NCBI GenBank assembly: GCA_944382895.1
Contig: CALWNV010000001.1
Span: forward strand, 849 to 64,848
Length of the DNA: 64,000 nucleotides
Direction of reading: 5' to 3'
Source of the DNA: an uncultured Clostridia bacterium
GTDB taxonomy: Bacteria; Bacillota; Clostridia; Oscillospirales; UBA644
Part shown: positions 27,154-36,623 of the stretch, piece after piece
Numbering within the stretch: the stretch's first letter is position 1
Layout of the letters: every line of letters starts with the position of its first letter
Made by a program: the position numbers and the translations under genes
The notes under the pieces: generated by a model
The model's input: the letters and a program-made list of their open reading frames with translations, nothing else
The model's database searches: none
What the model was told of the DNA's origin: nothing

Positions 27154-27962
27154 AAAAAATTATAACAAATATGTTTTTCCCACAGGAATGTATTTTTTGC
27201 AAAACAGAAATACCGATAACCACTGAATGTCCGATATGTGAAAAATGTAAAAACATATTTGTTTTTTCTTCCAAACAAATATTTCAAAGATATCCGTTGG
27301 AAGCGATTGTCTCCTGCGTCAAATATGAGCAGGCAGCGAGAGCCGCTGTGATTAAATTCAAATACGGACAGCGAAAGGATGTGGGAAGATTTTTTGCGGA
27401 GGTCATGACACAAAAATTAAAACAACATAATGTTTCACCGACAATTGTTACTTTTATCCCTACAAGAAAAAACGAGCGAAAACGTTTTAATCAGTCAGAA
27501 TTTCTTGCAAAAAAGATTGCGAGAAGCCTTAAAATCCCATGCAAACCTCTGTTAATAAAAAAGAGAGCTACGAAGTCTCAAACTTCCTGTAAAACAGTTA
27601 TACAAAGAAAAAGAAACGTCCGCGGAGCTTTTTGTCCGAGAAAGGACAATCTCTCTTTACAAAACGAAAAGATTCTTATAGCCGATGATGTTTTTACCAC
27701 GGGGGCAACAATGACCGAATGCGCAAAAGCACTGATCAGTGCAGGAGCAACATGTATTTACGGAATATCCTTCGCCCTTACCGCCACAGGAGAAACCCAC
27801 AAAGAAATCCGCTTTGAATTTTCTCAAAAGCCTGAAATAATAACATATGAAAATCTTCCTTACGACGCAGCCCGATTACTGAAAAAACACATAAGAGCAA
27901 AAAGACAGAAAGGTAGGTATAACCCCATTGACCGATTTTTCCGTTCCGAAAAGAATAACTGA
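27144..27962 (+). CDS. comFC: ComF-family protein (ComFC-type phosphoribosyltransferase)
   Basis: N-terminal zinc finger CIFC...CPICEKC and PRTase motif LIADDVFTTGATM. Confidence 0.8.
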   Translation: MDLKKIITNMFFPQECIFCKTEIPITTECPICEKCKNIFVFSSKQIFQRYPLEAIVSCVKYEQAARAAVIKFKYGQRKDVGRFFAEVMTQKLKQHNVSPTIVTFIPTRKNERKRFNQSEFLAKKIARSLKIPCKPLLIKKRATKSQTSCKTVIQRKRNVRGAFCPRKDNLSLQNEKILIADDVFTTGATMTECAKALISAGATCIYGISFALTATGETHKEIRFEFSQKPEIITYENLPYDAARLLKKHIRAKRQKGRYNPIDRFFRSEKNN

Positions 27963-29262
27963 TATACTTTCTTCTAACGGATATGAGGCATATCTCGTCG
28001 GCGGATGCGTAAGAGATTTTTTCCTTAAAAGACCTTTTGCAGATGCGGACATATGCACATCTGCAACGCCAGAAGAAGTAAAAAAATGTTTTCCGGAGGG
28101 TAAAATTCTTGAAACAGGAATAAAACACGGAACCGTTACCCTTTTAATTTACGGGGAAACGTTTGAAATCACAACTTTCCGAAAAGAGGCAAATTATAAA
28201 GACAACAGACATCCGTCTTCCGTAAAATTTACAGAAGAACTTTCGGAAGACCTTTCTCGCCGAGATTTTACAATGAACGCAATCGCAATGAAAAACGGGG
28301 AAATCACCGACCCGTTTAACGGGATACAAGATATTGAAAATAAAACCATAAAAGCTGTCGGGGATCCGGATGAGCGCTTTACAGAAGACGCATTAAGAAT
28401 TCTTCGTGCGATACGCTTTTCTTCAACCTTGAACTTTTCCATAGAAAAACACACGGAAGACTCTATTTTTAAAAATAAAGAACTTCTTCTGAATATTTCC
28501 GCAGAGCGAATATCCTCGGAATTCAATAAATTACTTACAGGAGAAAACGCAGAAAAAGTCCTTTTACGTTATTCCTCCGTCATCGCGGTATTCATACCAG
28601 AAATACTTCCTACAATAGATTTTAACCAATATAATCCTTTTCACATCTACGATGTATATACACATACAGTAAAAGCGATTTCTGCGGCAGTAAACATACC
28701 TGAAGTCAGACTTGCGCTTTTTTTCCATGATATGGCGAAACCATCTTGTTTTACTCGTGACGAAGACGGAACTGGACATTTCAAAGGACATGCGGATGCA
28801 GGGGAAATCCTTGCGAAAAAAACTCTGACTCGACTCAAATATGATAATAAAACAATAAAAACTGTTTGTTTTTTGGTAAAAAACCATTATATGAAAATAA
28901 AAAGCGATAAAATTTTTATAAAAAAATTTTTGAAAAACTGTTCTGAGCAAAACTTTCGGTTTCTCCTTGAAGTAATACGCGCCGACAATCTGGCAAAAGC
29001 TAATTTTGCGAAAAAAAACCTTTCTTTGATTGACAAAACAAAAAAAGAACTGAAAGACATATTATCAAAAAATGAATGTTTTTCGCTTAAAACTCTCGCG
29101 GTCAAAGGTTCTGACATGGAAAATATAGGTATTACAGGTAAAAACATCGGCAAAGCCCTTGACTTTATACTTGATAAAGTTATTGAAGAAAAAGTTATAA
29201 ACAAAAAAGAAGCTATTCTTTCGAACCCGCTGTTAAATGAATTAACACAATTTCTTTCTTGA
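27928..29262 (+). CDS. cca: CCA-adding tRNA nucleotidyltransferase
   Basis: YLVGGCVRDFF, RRDFTMNA, and the HD-domain sequence FFHDMAKP. Confidence 0.9.
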   Translation: MTDFSVPKRITDILSSNGYEAYLVGGCVRDFFLKRPFADADICTSATPEEVKKCFPEGKILETGIKHGTVTLLIYGETFEITTFRKEANYKDNRHPSSVKFTEELSEDLSRRDFTMNAIAMKNGEITDPFNGIQDIENKTIKAVGDPDERFTEDALRILRAIRFSSTLNFSIEKHTEDSIFKNKELLLNISAERISSEFNKLLTGENAEKVLLRYSSVIAVFIPEILPTIDFNQYNPFHIYDVYTHTVKAISAAVNIPEVRLALFFHDMAKPSCFTRDEDGTGHFKGHADAGEILAKKTLTRLKYDNKTIKTVCFLVKNHYMKIKSDKIFIKKFLKNCSEQNFRFLLEVIRADNLAKANFAKKNLSLIDKTKKELKDILSKNECFSLKTLAVKGSDMENIGITGKNIGKALDFILDKVIEEKVINKKEAILSNPLLNELTQFLS

Positions 29263-29287
29263 CTTTTAACAGATAATATATTATAAT
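29259..29287 (+). promoter_or_regulatory. Sigma-A promoter upstream of the small membrane protein gene and rnpB
   Basis: TTGACT (29259-29264), 17-nt spacer, TATAAT (29282-29287). Confidence 0.55.
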
Positions 29288-29320
29288 ATTAGCATATCTC
29301 ATTTTGGTGGTGAAAATATA

Positions 29321-29689
29321 ATGAAACAAGGTACCGTATGGGTATTGACTTTCTCGCTTATACTTTTCGGAGTCTTGCTTGGATTCGGTCTTTATATGCC
29401 GGCAAACAGGGCAGGCCTTATCATTGCGGGAATAGTTTTCTTGGTTTTTGGAATCGGTGTCTCTCTTCCTGACATTATTCCTCTTATAAAAAAAGCAAAA
29501 CGTGCACATGACATAAAAACCGGAAAGATCGATCCCACAAAAAAGCTCTCTCACTATAAAGGCAGACGCAGAAGCGCAAGCCGCTCTTTTATCTACACTG
29601 GAGAAGACGAGGAAGCATACGAAAAACAAACTGAAATCGATGTTTCTGAAAATAACGAAACAGACGCTGAAACCGTTTCCGATACATAA
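29321..29689 (+). CDS. Hypothetical small membrane protein (2 TM helices, charged C-terminal tail)
   Basis: RBS GGTGGTGA lies before the ATG. Two clear hydrophobic helices are present. Confidence 0.55.
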   Translation: MKQGTVWVLTFSLILFGVLLGFGLYMPANRAGLIIAGIVFLVFGIGVSLPDIIPLIKKAKRAHDIKTGKIDPTKKLSHYKGRRRSASRSFIYTGEDEEAYEKQTEIDVSENNETDAETVSDT

Positions 29690-29695
29690 ATTTTT

Positions 29696-30043
29696 CTGCT
29701 TGTCGAGCAATCGCGAAAGAAAACCGAAAGGTCTCTTTTGAGGAAAGTCCGGGCTCCTATGGGCAAGAATAACGGATAACGTCCGCCGAAGGCAACTTCC
29801 GGGAAAGTGCAACAGAAAATTACCGCAGGCCTATGCCTGTAAGGATGAAAAGGCGAGGTAAGAGCTCACCGGGACTTTGGTAACAAAGTTCGCTGTGTAA
29901 ACCCTATTCGGAGCAATGCCGCATACAAGACAAGCCGAAAGGCAGCGCCGCCCATCGCGTCTTAAAGGCAGCTGGAGATATACGGTAACGTATATTCGAG
30001 ACAGATGATTGCATAAAACAGAACCCGGCTTACGGACAAACAG
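29696..30043 (+). ncRNA. rnpB: RNase P RNA (bacterial)
   Basis: Universal GAGGAAAGTCCGGGCTCC, AGTGCAACAGAAA, AGATGATTGC and ACAGAACCCGGCTTAC blocks are present. A P1 helix forms between CTGCTTGTC (29696-29704) and GACAAACAG (30035-30043). Confidence 0.9.
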
Positions 30044-30096
30044 ATTTTTTAACAAAGAACGTATTCGCAAATATACTTTCTTGCGAATCAAACAAA

Positions 30097-30137
30097 AGAA
30101 ACCGAGGCAAAGGATTTTCCTTTTTGCCTCGGTTTCT
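30097..30137. terminator. Bidirectional rho-independent terminator (rnpB on +, V-ATPase operon on -)
   Basis: Stem AGAAACCGAGGCAAAGGA / TCCTTTTTGCCTCGGTTTCT with T-rich tracts on both strands. A second small hairpin (ATTCGCAA/TTGCGAAT) lies at 30063-30088. Confidence 0.75.
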
Positions 30138-30172
30138 TGTTTTACTGATTTCGGGAACAAGTCTACAAATTA

Positions 30173-30820
30173 TTACGCTTTTTCAGAAGGTCGCTCAAGA
30201 ACCATTTCTTTCACTTTCATCAGGCGGCTCGTATTACTTCTTTCATCCTCATCAAGTTTTGCGACAATATATTTTATTGTTTCTTCCTGTTCCGGGATCA
30301 TAACATGCTCAAGAGCGTTGACTCTGCGGCGAGTCTTTTCTATTTCCTCTGCCAACAACATTACCGCTTTTTCTGTTTGCGCAAGCTCAAGAAGCTTGGG
30401 CATAACAGAGGCAAGCCCGCCGACAGCTCTGTCGAGTTCGCCGGAAGTAAACGCAAGACCGTAAGGATATATATCGTTTTTTTCTCCTGAAAGCTTAGGC
30501 GTAAACACAGGAACATTCACGCTCATAATATTTTTTGTCACTGCGTCAACAAAAACTTCCTGTTTAGGATAGCATAAAGCCTGCTCAAGAGCTTGGACAC
30601 TCATTGCTGCTCCGGCAATTGAAAAACTTGCGTTTATTCCGGCAAGAAGGTCTTCAATCTCTGCGCGAAGAAGCCGGTTTTTACGTACAAGATCAAGAAA
30701 CTGTTTGACCATCTCATCCCTTTTATCTTTCAAAAGTTTATGACCGCGTCTTGCAGTTTTATTCCTTTTTTTAAGCTTGGTCAATTCCATTCTCGTAGGA
30801 TTGACCTTTATCATCGCCAT
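30173..30820 (-). CDS. ntpD: V-type ATP synthase subunit D
   Basis: MAMIKVNPTRMELTKLKKR follows RBS GGAGG (the ORF track start at 30862 is upstream of the RBS). Confidence 0.88.
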   Translation of the reverse strand: MAMIKVNPTRMELTKLKKRNKTARRGHKLLKDKRDEMVKQFLDLVRKNRLLRAEIEDLLAGINASFSIAGAAMSVQALEQALCYPKQEVFVDAVTKNIMSVNVPVFTPKLSGEKNDIYPYGLAFTSGELDRAVGGLASVMPKLLELAQTEKAVMLLAEEIEKTRRRVNALEHVMIPEQEETIKYIVAKLDEDERSNTSRLMKVKEMVLERPSEKA

Positions 30821-30888
30821 ATAACAAGCCTCCGTTCTACGCAATTTCGCCGAAAATTTCATTTCATAATAAAAGCCAAGAGCATCAG

Positions 30889-32283
30889 TTATTCTTTTCC
30901 AGTGAATTCGTTTTTCTTTATAGCGTATTTATCATAATTTTTCTGTTTTATTCTTTTCAACTCGCCTCTGGGGAAAATACTTAAAAGTTCCCAGCCTATC
31001 TGCAACGTTGTTTCTATTGACCGATTTTCATCAAAACCCTGATTCAAATATCTTGCCTCAAAATCATCTGCAAATTGTGCATAAAGACGATCTGTAGGGG
31101 TAAGCGCGGCCTCGCCTAAAATAACCATTAATTCTTTGGCTTCCTTACCTCTTGCATAGCAGGCAAACAGCTGGTTCATTAAATCAGCGTGGTCTTCTCT
31201 TGTTTTTCCCGCTCCTATACCCTTATCTTTAAGCCTGGACAAAGAAGGAAGAACATCAATCGGCGGAGTAATCCCTTTTTTACTCAACTCTCTTGACAGA
31301 ATAATCTGCCCTTCCGTAATATATCCGGTAAGATCCGGGATAGGATGGGTTTTATCATCTTCAGGCATAGTCAGGATAGGAATCATGGTTATACTCCCTT
31401 CACAATCCCGCTTCCTTCCCGCTCTTTCGTACATAGTTGCAAGATCAGTATACATATATCCCGGATATCCTCTTCTTCCCGGAACTTCTTTTCTGGCCGC
31501 AGAAACTTCACGCGTTGCCTCCGCATAATTAGTTATATCCGTTATAATCACAAGGACATGCATTCCAAGATCAAATGCCAGATATTCCGCGGCAGTAAGT
31601 GCCATGCGCGGAGTAGAAATCCTTTCAATCGCCGGGTCGGACGAAAGATTTATAAACAATACGGTTCGGTCAATCGCTCCGGTCCTTCTAAAATCGGAAA
31701 TAAAGAAATCCGCTTCCTCAAAAGTAATACCTACCGCGGCAAAGACAACGGCAAACCGGCTTTCACTATTAAGAACTTTTGCTTGTCTGGCAATTTGCGC
31801 TGCAAGATTAGCATGCGGCAATCCCGAACCTGAAAAAATCGGAAGCTTCTGACCTCTTACCAAAGTATTCAATCCGTCAATCGCTGAAATCCCGGTCTGA
31901 ATAAATTCAGAAGGATAATTTCTTGCCGCCGGATTCATAGGTTCTCCGTTAATATCAAGCATTTTTTCGGCAAGGACTTTATCCCCTCCGTCTTTAGGCC
32001 TTCCAAGCCCGTCAAAAATACGACCGAGAATATCGGGGGAAACACCGAACTCTATTCCTGTTCCCATAAATCTTACTTTACTTTCCGCAAGGTTCATTCC
32101 GGCTGAACTTTCAAAAAGCTGAACTACGGCATCCGTCCCGTTTACCTCAAGGACCTTACAACGTCTTTTTTCTCCGTTCTGAAGAATTATTTCGCCAAGT
32201 TCCCCGTATGTTACGCCCTCAACACTTTTTATAAGCATCAACGGGCCGGCTACTTCGCGGATGGTTTTATATTCTTTTAACAT
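30889..32283 (-). CDS. ntpB: V-type ATP synthase subunit B
   Basis: [16 protein letters not shown]..., a non-catalytic nucleotide-binding fold, about 464 aa. The ORF-track start at 32310 is an alternative. Confidence 0.9.
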   Translation of the reverse strand: MLKEYKTIREVAGPLMLIKSVEGVTYGELGEIILQNGEKRRCKVLEVNGTDAVVQLFESSAGMNLAESKVRFMGTGIEFGVSPDILGRIFDGLGRPKDGGDKVLAEKMLDINGEPMNPAARNYPSEFIQTGISAIDGLNTLVRGQKLPIFSGSGLPHANLAAQIARQAKVLNSESRFAVVFAAVGITFEEADFFISDFRRTGAIDRTVLFINLSSDPAIERISTPRMALTAAEYLAFDLGMHVLVIITDITNYAEATREVSAARKEVPGRRGYPGYMYTDLATMYERAGRKRDCEGSITMIPILTMPEDDKTHPIPDLTGYITEGQIILSRELSKKGITPPIDVLPSLSRLKDKGIGAGKTREDHADLMNQLFACYARGKEAKELMVILGEAALTPTDRLYAQFADDFEARYLNQGFDENRSIETTLQIGWELLSIFPRGELKRIKQKNYDKYAIKKNEFTGKE

Positions 32284-32370
32284 TTTCCGTTTCTGCGGTC
32301 CGGAAAGCATTGCGAAACATTTTTTATCGCAAAAGGCTCCGTTCCCGCCATCCTTTCTTTATAGTGAAAA

Positions 32371-34143
32371 TCAAATATCGTCGTTTTCCGACGCTAAAGT
32401 TGCCTGCATCTGGGAAGAAAGTTCCTTCTCTATCTCGTCAAATTCCTCATTGAACTCAGTGTTTGAAAATTGTTTCGCAAGACCGATCCTGTCACGGACA
32501 GGTAAACTTATCAAATCAAAGAAAGAAGCTCCTTCTTCAAGACAATGTACGGCCTTATCATAGTATTCCATTATTATTCTCAAAAGCCTCGCCTGTTTTT
32601 GCGGAGAAGCAAATGCATCGTTTTCATTAAAAGCGTCTTGCTGCAAATAATCTTCTCGTATACTTCTTGCCGCTTCCAAAATAAGCCTGTCAGGGTATGA
32701 AAGAGCATCCACCCCCACAAGCTTCACAATCTCTTCAAGCTCACTTTCCACTTGTAAAAGCCTCAACGCTTCTCGGCTTAGTTCTTTCCAACGTTTATCA
32801 ATATTTGAAGTAATAAAATCAGCAATTCTATCAAAATACAATGAATAGGAATTAAGCCAATTTATTGCAGGAAAATGTCTCCGATAAGCAAGGCTGCTAT
32901 CCAGTCCCCAAAAGACCTTCACAATTCGCATAGTCGCCTGCGCTACAGGATCCGAAAGATCTCCTCCCGCAGGAGATACGGCGCCTATTGCGGTCAACGA
33001 ACCTCTGCGCTTATCAGAACCGAGACATATAACATCTCCTGCACGTTCATAAAACTGAGCAAGACGAGATGTAAGATACGCCGGATAACCTTCTTCTCCC
33101 GGCATTTCCTCAAGCCTTCCGCTCATCTCACGAAGAGCTTCCGCCCAACGTGAAGTGGAATCCGCCATCACAGCGACATCATAACCCATGTCACGAAAAT
33201 ATTCAGCAATCGTTATCCCGGTATAAATCGACGCTTCGCGCGCAGCAACGGGCATATCAGACGTATTCGCTATCAACACGGTTCTTTGCATAAGAGACTT
33301 TCCGGATCTGGGATCTTTCAATTCAGGAAACTCCATAAGAACATCCGTCATCTCGTTACCGCGCTCACCACAGCCTATATATACAACAACATCGACATCC
33401 GACCACTTAGCCAATTGATGCTGCACAACGGTTTTTCCGCTTCCGAACGGACCAGGTATACAGGCTGTACCGCCTTTTGCAATCGGGAAAAAAGTATCTA
33501 TGGTCCTCTGCCCAGTAATAAACGGAACGGAAGGGGCTTTCTTCTCAACATATTTTCTGGCACGACGCACAGGCCAACGTTGCATCATACAAATATCTTT
33601 TTCCCCGTTTTCCGTACGTACAACAGCAATTGTTTCATCAACAGTAAAGCTTCCGCTTTCAATTCGGATAAGTTCTCCTTCAATTCCGAAAGGAATCATT
33701 ATTTTATGCAGTAAAACTTCTGTTTCCTGCACAGTACCGATAATATCACCTGCGACAACTCTACAGCCTGCTTCCATTGTCGGGACAAACTCCCATTTTT
33801 TCCTTCTGTCAAGAGCGCGAACCTCAACACCTCTTGAGATATTTGAACCAGCAATTTTACGCATTTCCTCAAGAGGGCGCTGTATACCGTCAAACATATT
33901 TGTCATCAAACCGGGACCAAGCTCTACCGAAAGTTCCGTGTTCTCGGAAGTGACCCGATCACCCGGACCAAGACCTGCGGTTTCTTCATAAACCTGAATA
34001 GAGGCCTTATCCCCGCTCATTTCTATAATTTCACCTATAAGCTTTTTTTCTCCTACCCTGACCACATCAAACATGTTAGCAAAAGACATATTTTCAGCCA
34101 CTACAAGCGGGCCTGCTACTTTTACAATCCTGCCTTCGTCCAT
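32371..34143 (-). CDS. ntpA: V-type ATP synthase catalytic subunit A
   Basis: Walker A GPFGSGKT and [10 protein letters not shown]; 590 aa. Confidence 0.93.
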   Translation of the reverse strand: MDEGRIVKVAGPLVVAENMSFANMFDVVRVGEKKLIGEIIEMSGDKASIQVYEETAGLGPGDRVTSENTELSVELGPGLMTNMFDGIQRPLEEMRKIAGSNISRGVEVRALDRRKKWEFVPTMEAGCRVVAGDIIGTVQETEVLLHKIMIPFGIEGELIRIESGSFTVDETIAVVRTENGEKDICMMQRWPVRRARKYVEKKAPSVPFITGQRTIDTFFPIAKGGTACIPGPFGSGKTVVQHQLAKWSDVDVVVYIGCGERGNEMTDVLMEFPELKDPRSGKSLMQRTVLIANTSDMPVAAREASIYTGITIAEYFRDMGYDVAVMADSTSRWAEALREMSGRLEEMPGEEGYPAYLTSRLAQFYERAGDVICLGSDKRRGSLTAIGAVSPAGGDLSDPVAQATMRIVKVFWGLDSSLAYRRHFPAINWLNSYSLYFDRIADFITSNIDKRWKELSREALRLLQVESELEEIVKLVGVDALSYPDRLILEAARSIREDYLQQDAFNENDAFASPQKQARLLRIIMEYYDKAVHCLEEGASFFDLISLPVRDRIGLAKQFSNTEFNEEFDEIEKELSSQMQATLASENDDI

Positions 34144-34155
34144 AAAAACGTCCTC

Positions 34156-34473
34156 CTAATTCACAATATCCGCACCGATCGCACGTTCCACTGCTTGTTT
34201 TATTGCAGCCATACCGGAACCGTCCGAGCCTTTTTTCCCAGGAACTGAGATTATGGCGGGAAGAGGCGAATACATATATTTATCTACAGCGGTTTTCATT
34301 TTCCCGTATAAATCCTCAATAATAAAAATAACTGCGTAATTTTTCACAGCAAGTTCATTCAAAAGCTTAGAGGCTTTCTGGAAAGAAGTCTCAACATATA
34401 CGTCAAGCCCAATAGCCTTATAACAAAGAACGCTTTCCCTGTCACCTATTATCGCTATCTTATACATATCCAA
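34156..34473 (-). CDS. V-type ATP synthase subunit F
   Basis: 105 aa, beginning YKIAIIGDRESVLCYKAIGLDV. It sits between the C and A subunit genes. Confidence 0.8.
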   Translation of the reverse strand: MDMYKIAIIGDRESVLCYKAIGLDVYVETSFQKASKLLNELAVKNYAVIFIIEDLYGKMKTAVDKYMYSPLPAIISVPGKKGSDGSGMAAIKQAVERAIGADIVN

Positions 34474-35464
34474 GCCTTAACCTTTCTCTTATGCCGGAAG
34501 AAGACACCCCGGCAAGTTTTGCCGAAAGAGCAACTCTCAAATTTTTTATTTCTTCTTCTTTTGCAAGCAAATATGAAACAGGGACCTGCGGACCGAATGG
34601 AACAGAACGAAACACTGTTATCATATTATAAATACAATTTTCGACAGCTGTTTCAACCGCCTGAATATCCGCAGAAGCAGAAGAAAACAGACTTTCCCCG
34701 GAGAAAAATCCAGACCCCGATAACTCTTCCGCAAACTCGGAAACGGGTTTATCATACATCTTTACAAAAAAATCAAGAGGGAATCCCCCTGGGACCGGAA
34801 TAAAAACCTTCTGGAAAAACCGAATCTCCTTTTTGATTTCTTTCAATCTCATAAAAGCGGAAATGTTAAGTAAATTCGTTTTCTTTCTGTAAAAATCAAA
34901 AATAAAATCATAGGGAGACTTTTGTGATAAAGCAAGAATATTTTCAAAACAAGCCTTATCACAAATAATATCTATATCTCGCGGATCGCGATTTACCGAA
35001 AACGCATCAACAGCGTTTTCAACCGCGGCAAACATCCCTTCAGAAAGAACAGTCCTGTCTCTGTTCGTCACCGCCTTAACCATTTCCTCCTTAGAGACAG
35101 TCCCGACAGAAAACATCATCCTAAGCGGAGAAATACCGAGATGTTCCGCTTTCAAAACAGCTTTTATATTCTGATAATCATACGGAACACGAAAAAAATC
35201 CACTATTGAGATATCATTTATATTTTCGGACAAAAACCTGTAAACAGATCTTTGCTCTTCCTCGAGAAGAACTTCATAATCATAGGGGAAGTTAAATTCA
35301 TTCTCTCCGGAATCATATCCGCGCTCTAAAAGAACCTGAACCGCCTCTTCAAAAGACCTGGCCTCCGCAATTTTTTCAAAGGCGTCTTTACCAAGAAGAG
35401 AAGATTCAAGCATTTTAATACGCGCCGATATATGCAAATAATCCGTGTCCTTATATTTCGGCAC
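34460..35464 (-). CDS. ntpC: V-type ATP synthase subunit C (V0 d-like)
   Basis: 334 aa helical protein at the canonical position in the ntp gene order. Confidence 0.8.
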   Translation of the reverse strand: MPKYKDTDYLHISARIKMLESSLLGKDAFEKIAEARSFEEAVQVLLERGYDSGENEFNFPYDYEVLLEEEQRSVYRFLSENINDISIVDFFRVPYDYQNIKAVLKAEHLGISPLRMMFSVGTVSKEEMVKAVTNRDRTVLSEGMFAAVENAVDAFSVNRDPRDIDIICDKACFENILALSQKSPYDFIFDFYRKKTNLLNISAFMRLKEIKKEIRFFQKVFIPVPGGFPLDFFVKMYDKPVSEFAEELSGSGFFSGESLFSSASADIQAVETAVENCIYNMITVFRSVPFGPQVPVSYLLAKEEEIKNLRVALSAKLAGVSSSGIRERLRLGYV

Positions 35465-35528
35465 AATAAAAATTTCCTTTCCCGGAAAAGGATTCTCTTC
35501 CGTTAGTTTTATATAGAACTCGATCTAA

Positions 35529-36098
35529 TCAAAGGCCTGAAAACAAAATCTTTGCCACTTCTGGTTCAATAGCTAATCTTTTTTGTGCGATCAAAGCCTG
35601 AACCGTACATTTTGTCTCTACCGGGCCATTTTTTATAATATATCCGCTTTTCAATGATTTATCTGTTTCACGTGAAAGAACAAACCCCTCACCAAGTTTT
35701 TTCAAAACAGCGGAAGAAAACTCTTTATCTTTTTCCGAAAAAATCAACTCCCCGCCTTTTTCACCGGAAGCAAGAAAAACAAGAAAATCAACATATTCCT
35801 CGCCTGTAAGTTGCATAAAATAAAGCTCCACCCGATCAAAAACTTCATCTATTATTTCTCTCTTTGCGGATAAAAGATTTTTTCTCCCTTCAAGGGCGGC
35901 GAGAGAATCGGCTCTGACTAAAATTTCCTCCGCCGTACGTCTCGCACTGCTTATCGTTGCCTCCCCTTTTTTCTCTGCCGCCGCAGCAGCAGCCGCGACA
36001 GTTTCCTCCGCACGGTCCTTCGCCAAAGAAACTATCTTCTCTGCGGATATCTCACTTTCTTTGAGAATATTTTCTATTATCTTATCAACGCCGGACAT
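35529..36098 (-). CDS. ntpE: V-type ATP synthase subunit E
   Basis: 189 aa with an N-terminal long charged helix and a globular C-terminus, at the canonical position. Confidence 0.8.
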   Translation of the reverse strand: MSGVDKIIENILKESEISAEKIVSLAKDRAEETVAAAAAAAEKKGEATISSARRTAEEILVRADSLAALEGRKNLLSAKREIIDEVFDRVELYFMQLTGEEYVDFLVFLASGEKGGELIFSEKDKEFSSAVLKKLGEGFVLSRETDKSLKSGYIIKNGPVETKCTVQALIAQKRLAIEPEVAKILFSGL

Positions 36099-36102
36099 GT
36101 CA

Positions 36103-36597
36103 TCACATCCCGAGATTCAAAGGAATAAACCAAAGCATCAAGAAAGATATAAGCAATGCAAAAATCGCATAAGTTTCGACAACCGCCGCGAGAGATACTC
36201 CTTTAAACACCTCATTTGGTCTTTTAGTAAGTATATTAACTGCCGCAGCCGCGCATCTGCCCTGGCTTATCGCAGAAAAAAGACCGACAAATCCCATCGG
36301 GAGGCATGCGGCGAAAATCAAAACTCCCGAAAGCAAAGAAAGCTCTGCTGGTTCTCCTCCAATGATGTTCAACTTAAGAATAGTCAAAAACGCTATCAAA
36401 AGACCGTATATACCCTGTGTTCCCGGAAGAGCTTCCAAAATTAGGAGCTTACCGAATTTAGAAGGATCTTCTGAAATAAGCCCTGTTGCGGCTTCACCCA
36501 CATACCCCACTCCTTTTGCCGAACCTATCCCTGCAAGAAGAGCGGAAAGTGCGGCACCGAGATATGCCCAAAAATAACCGCTTGATAAAAATTCCAT
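36103..36597 (-). CDS. ntpK: V-type ATP synthase subunit K (proteolipid rotor, 4-TM duplicated c subunit)
   Basis: RBS AGGAGG lies before the ATG at 36597. Motifs: GIGSAKGVG, PGTQGIYG, SQG, VETYAI. Confidence 0.88.
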   Translation of the reverse strand: MEFLSSGYFWAYLGAALSALLAGIGSAKGVGYVGEAATGLISEDPSKFGKLLILEALPGTQGIYGLLIAFLTILKLNIIGGEPAELSLLSGVLIFAACLPMGFVGLFSAISQGRCAAAAVNILTKRPNEVFKGVSLAAVVETYAIFALLISFLMLWFIPLNLGM

Positions 36598-36623
36598 AAC
36601 TTTTCCTCCTGAAATCATTCACT

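Noticed and set aside
30063-30088. Small hairpin ATTCGCAA-(10 nt)-TTGCGAAT just after rnpB, considered as a separate terminator.
   Set aside because: It has no adjacent U-tract, and the stronger terminator 10 nt downstream explains termination. It may be a 3'-processing or stability element, but that is not supportable from sequence alone.
29213-30464. ORFs 29213-29812(-), 29831-30160(-) and 30009-30464(+) in the six-frame track.
   Set aside because: They overlap the RNase P RNA gene, its terminator and the antisense strand of ntpD. Their composition is low-complexity or basic, with no RBS. They are spurious.
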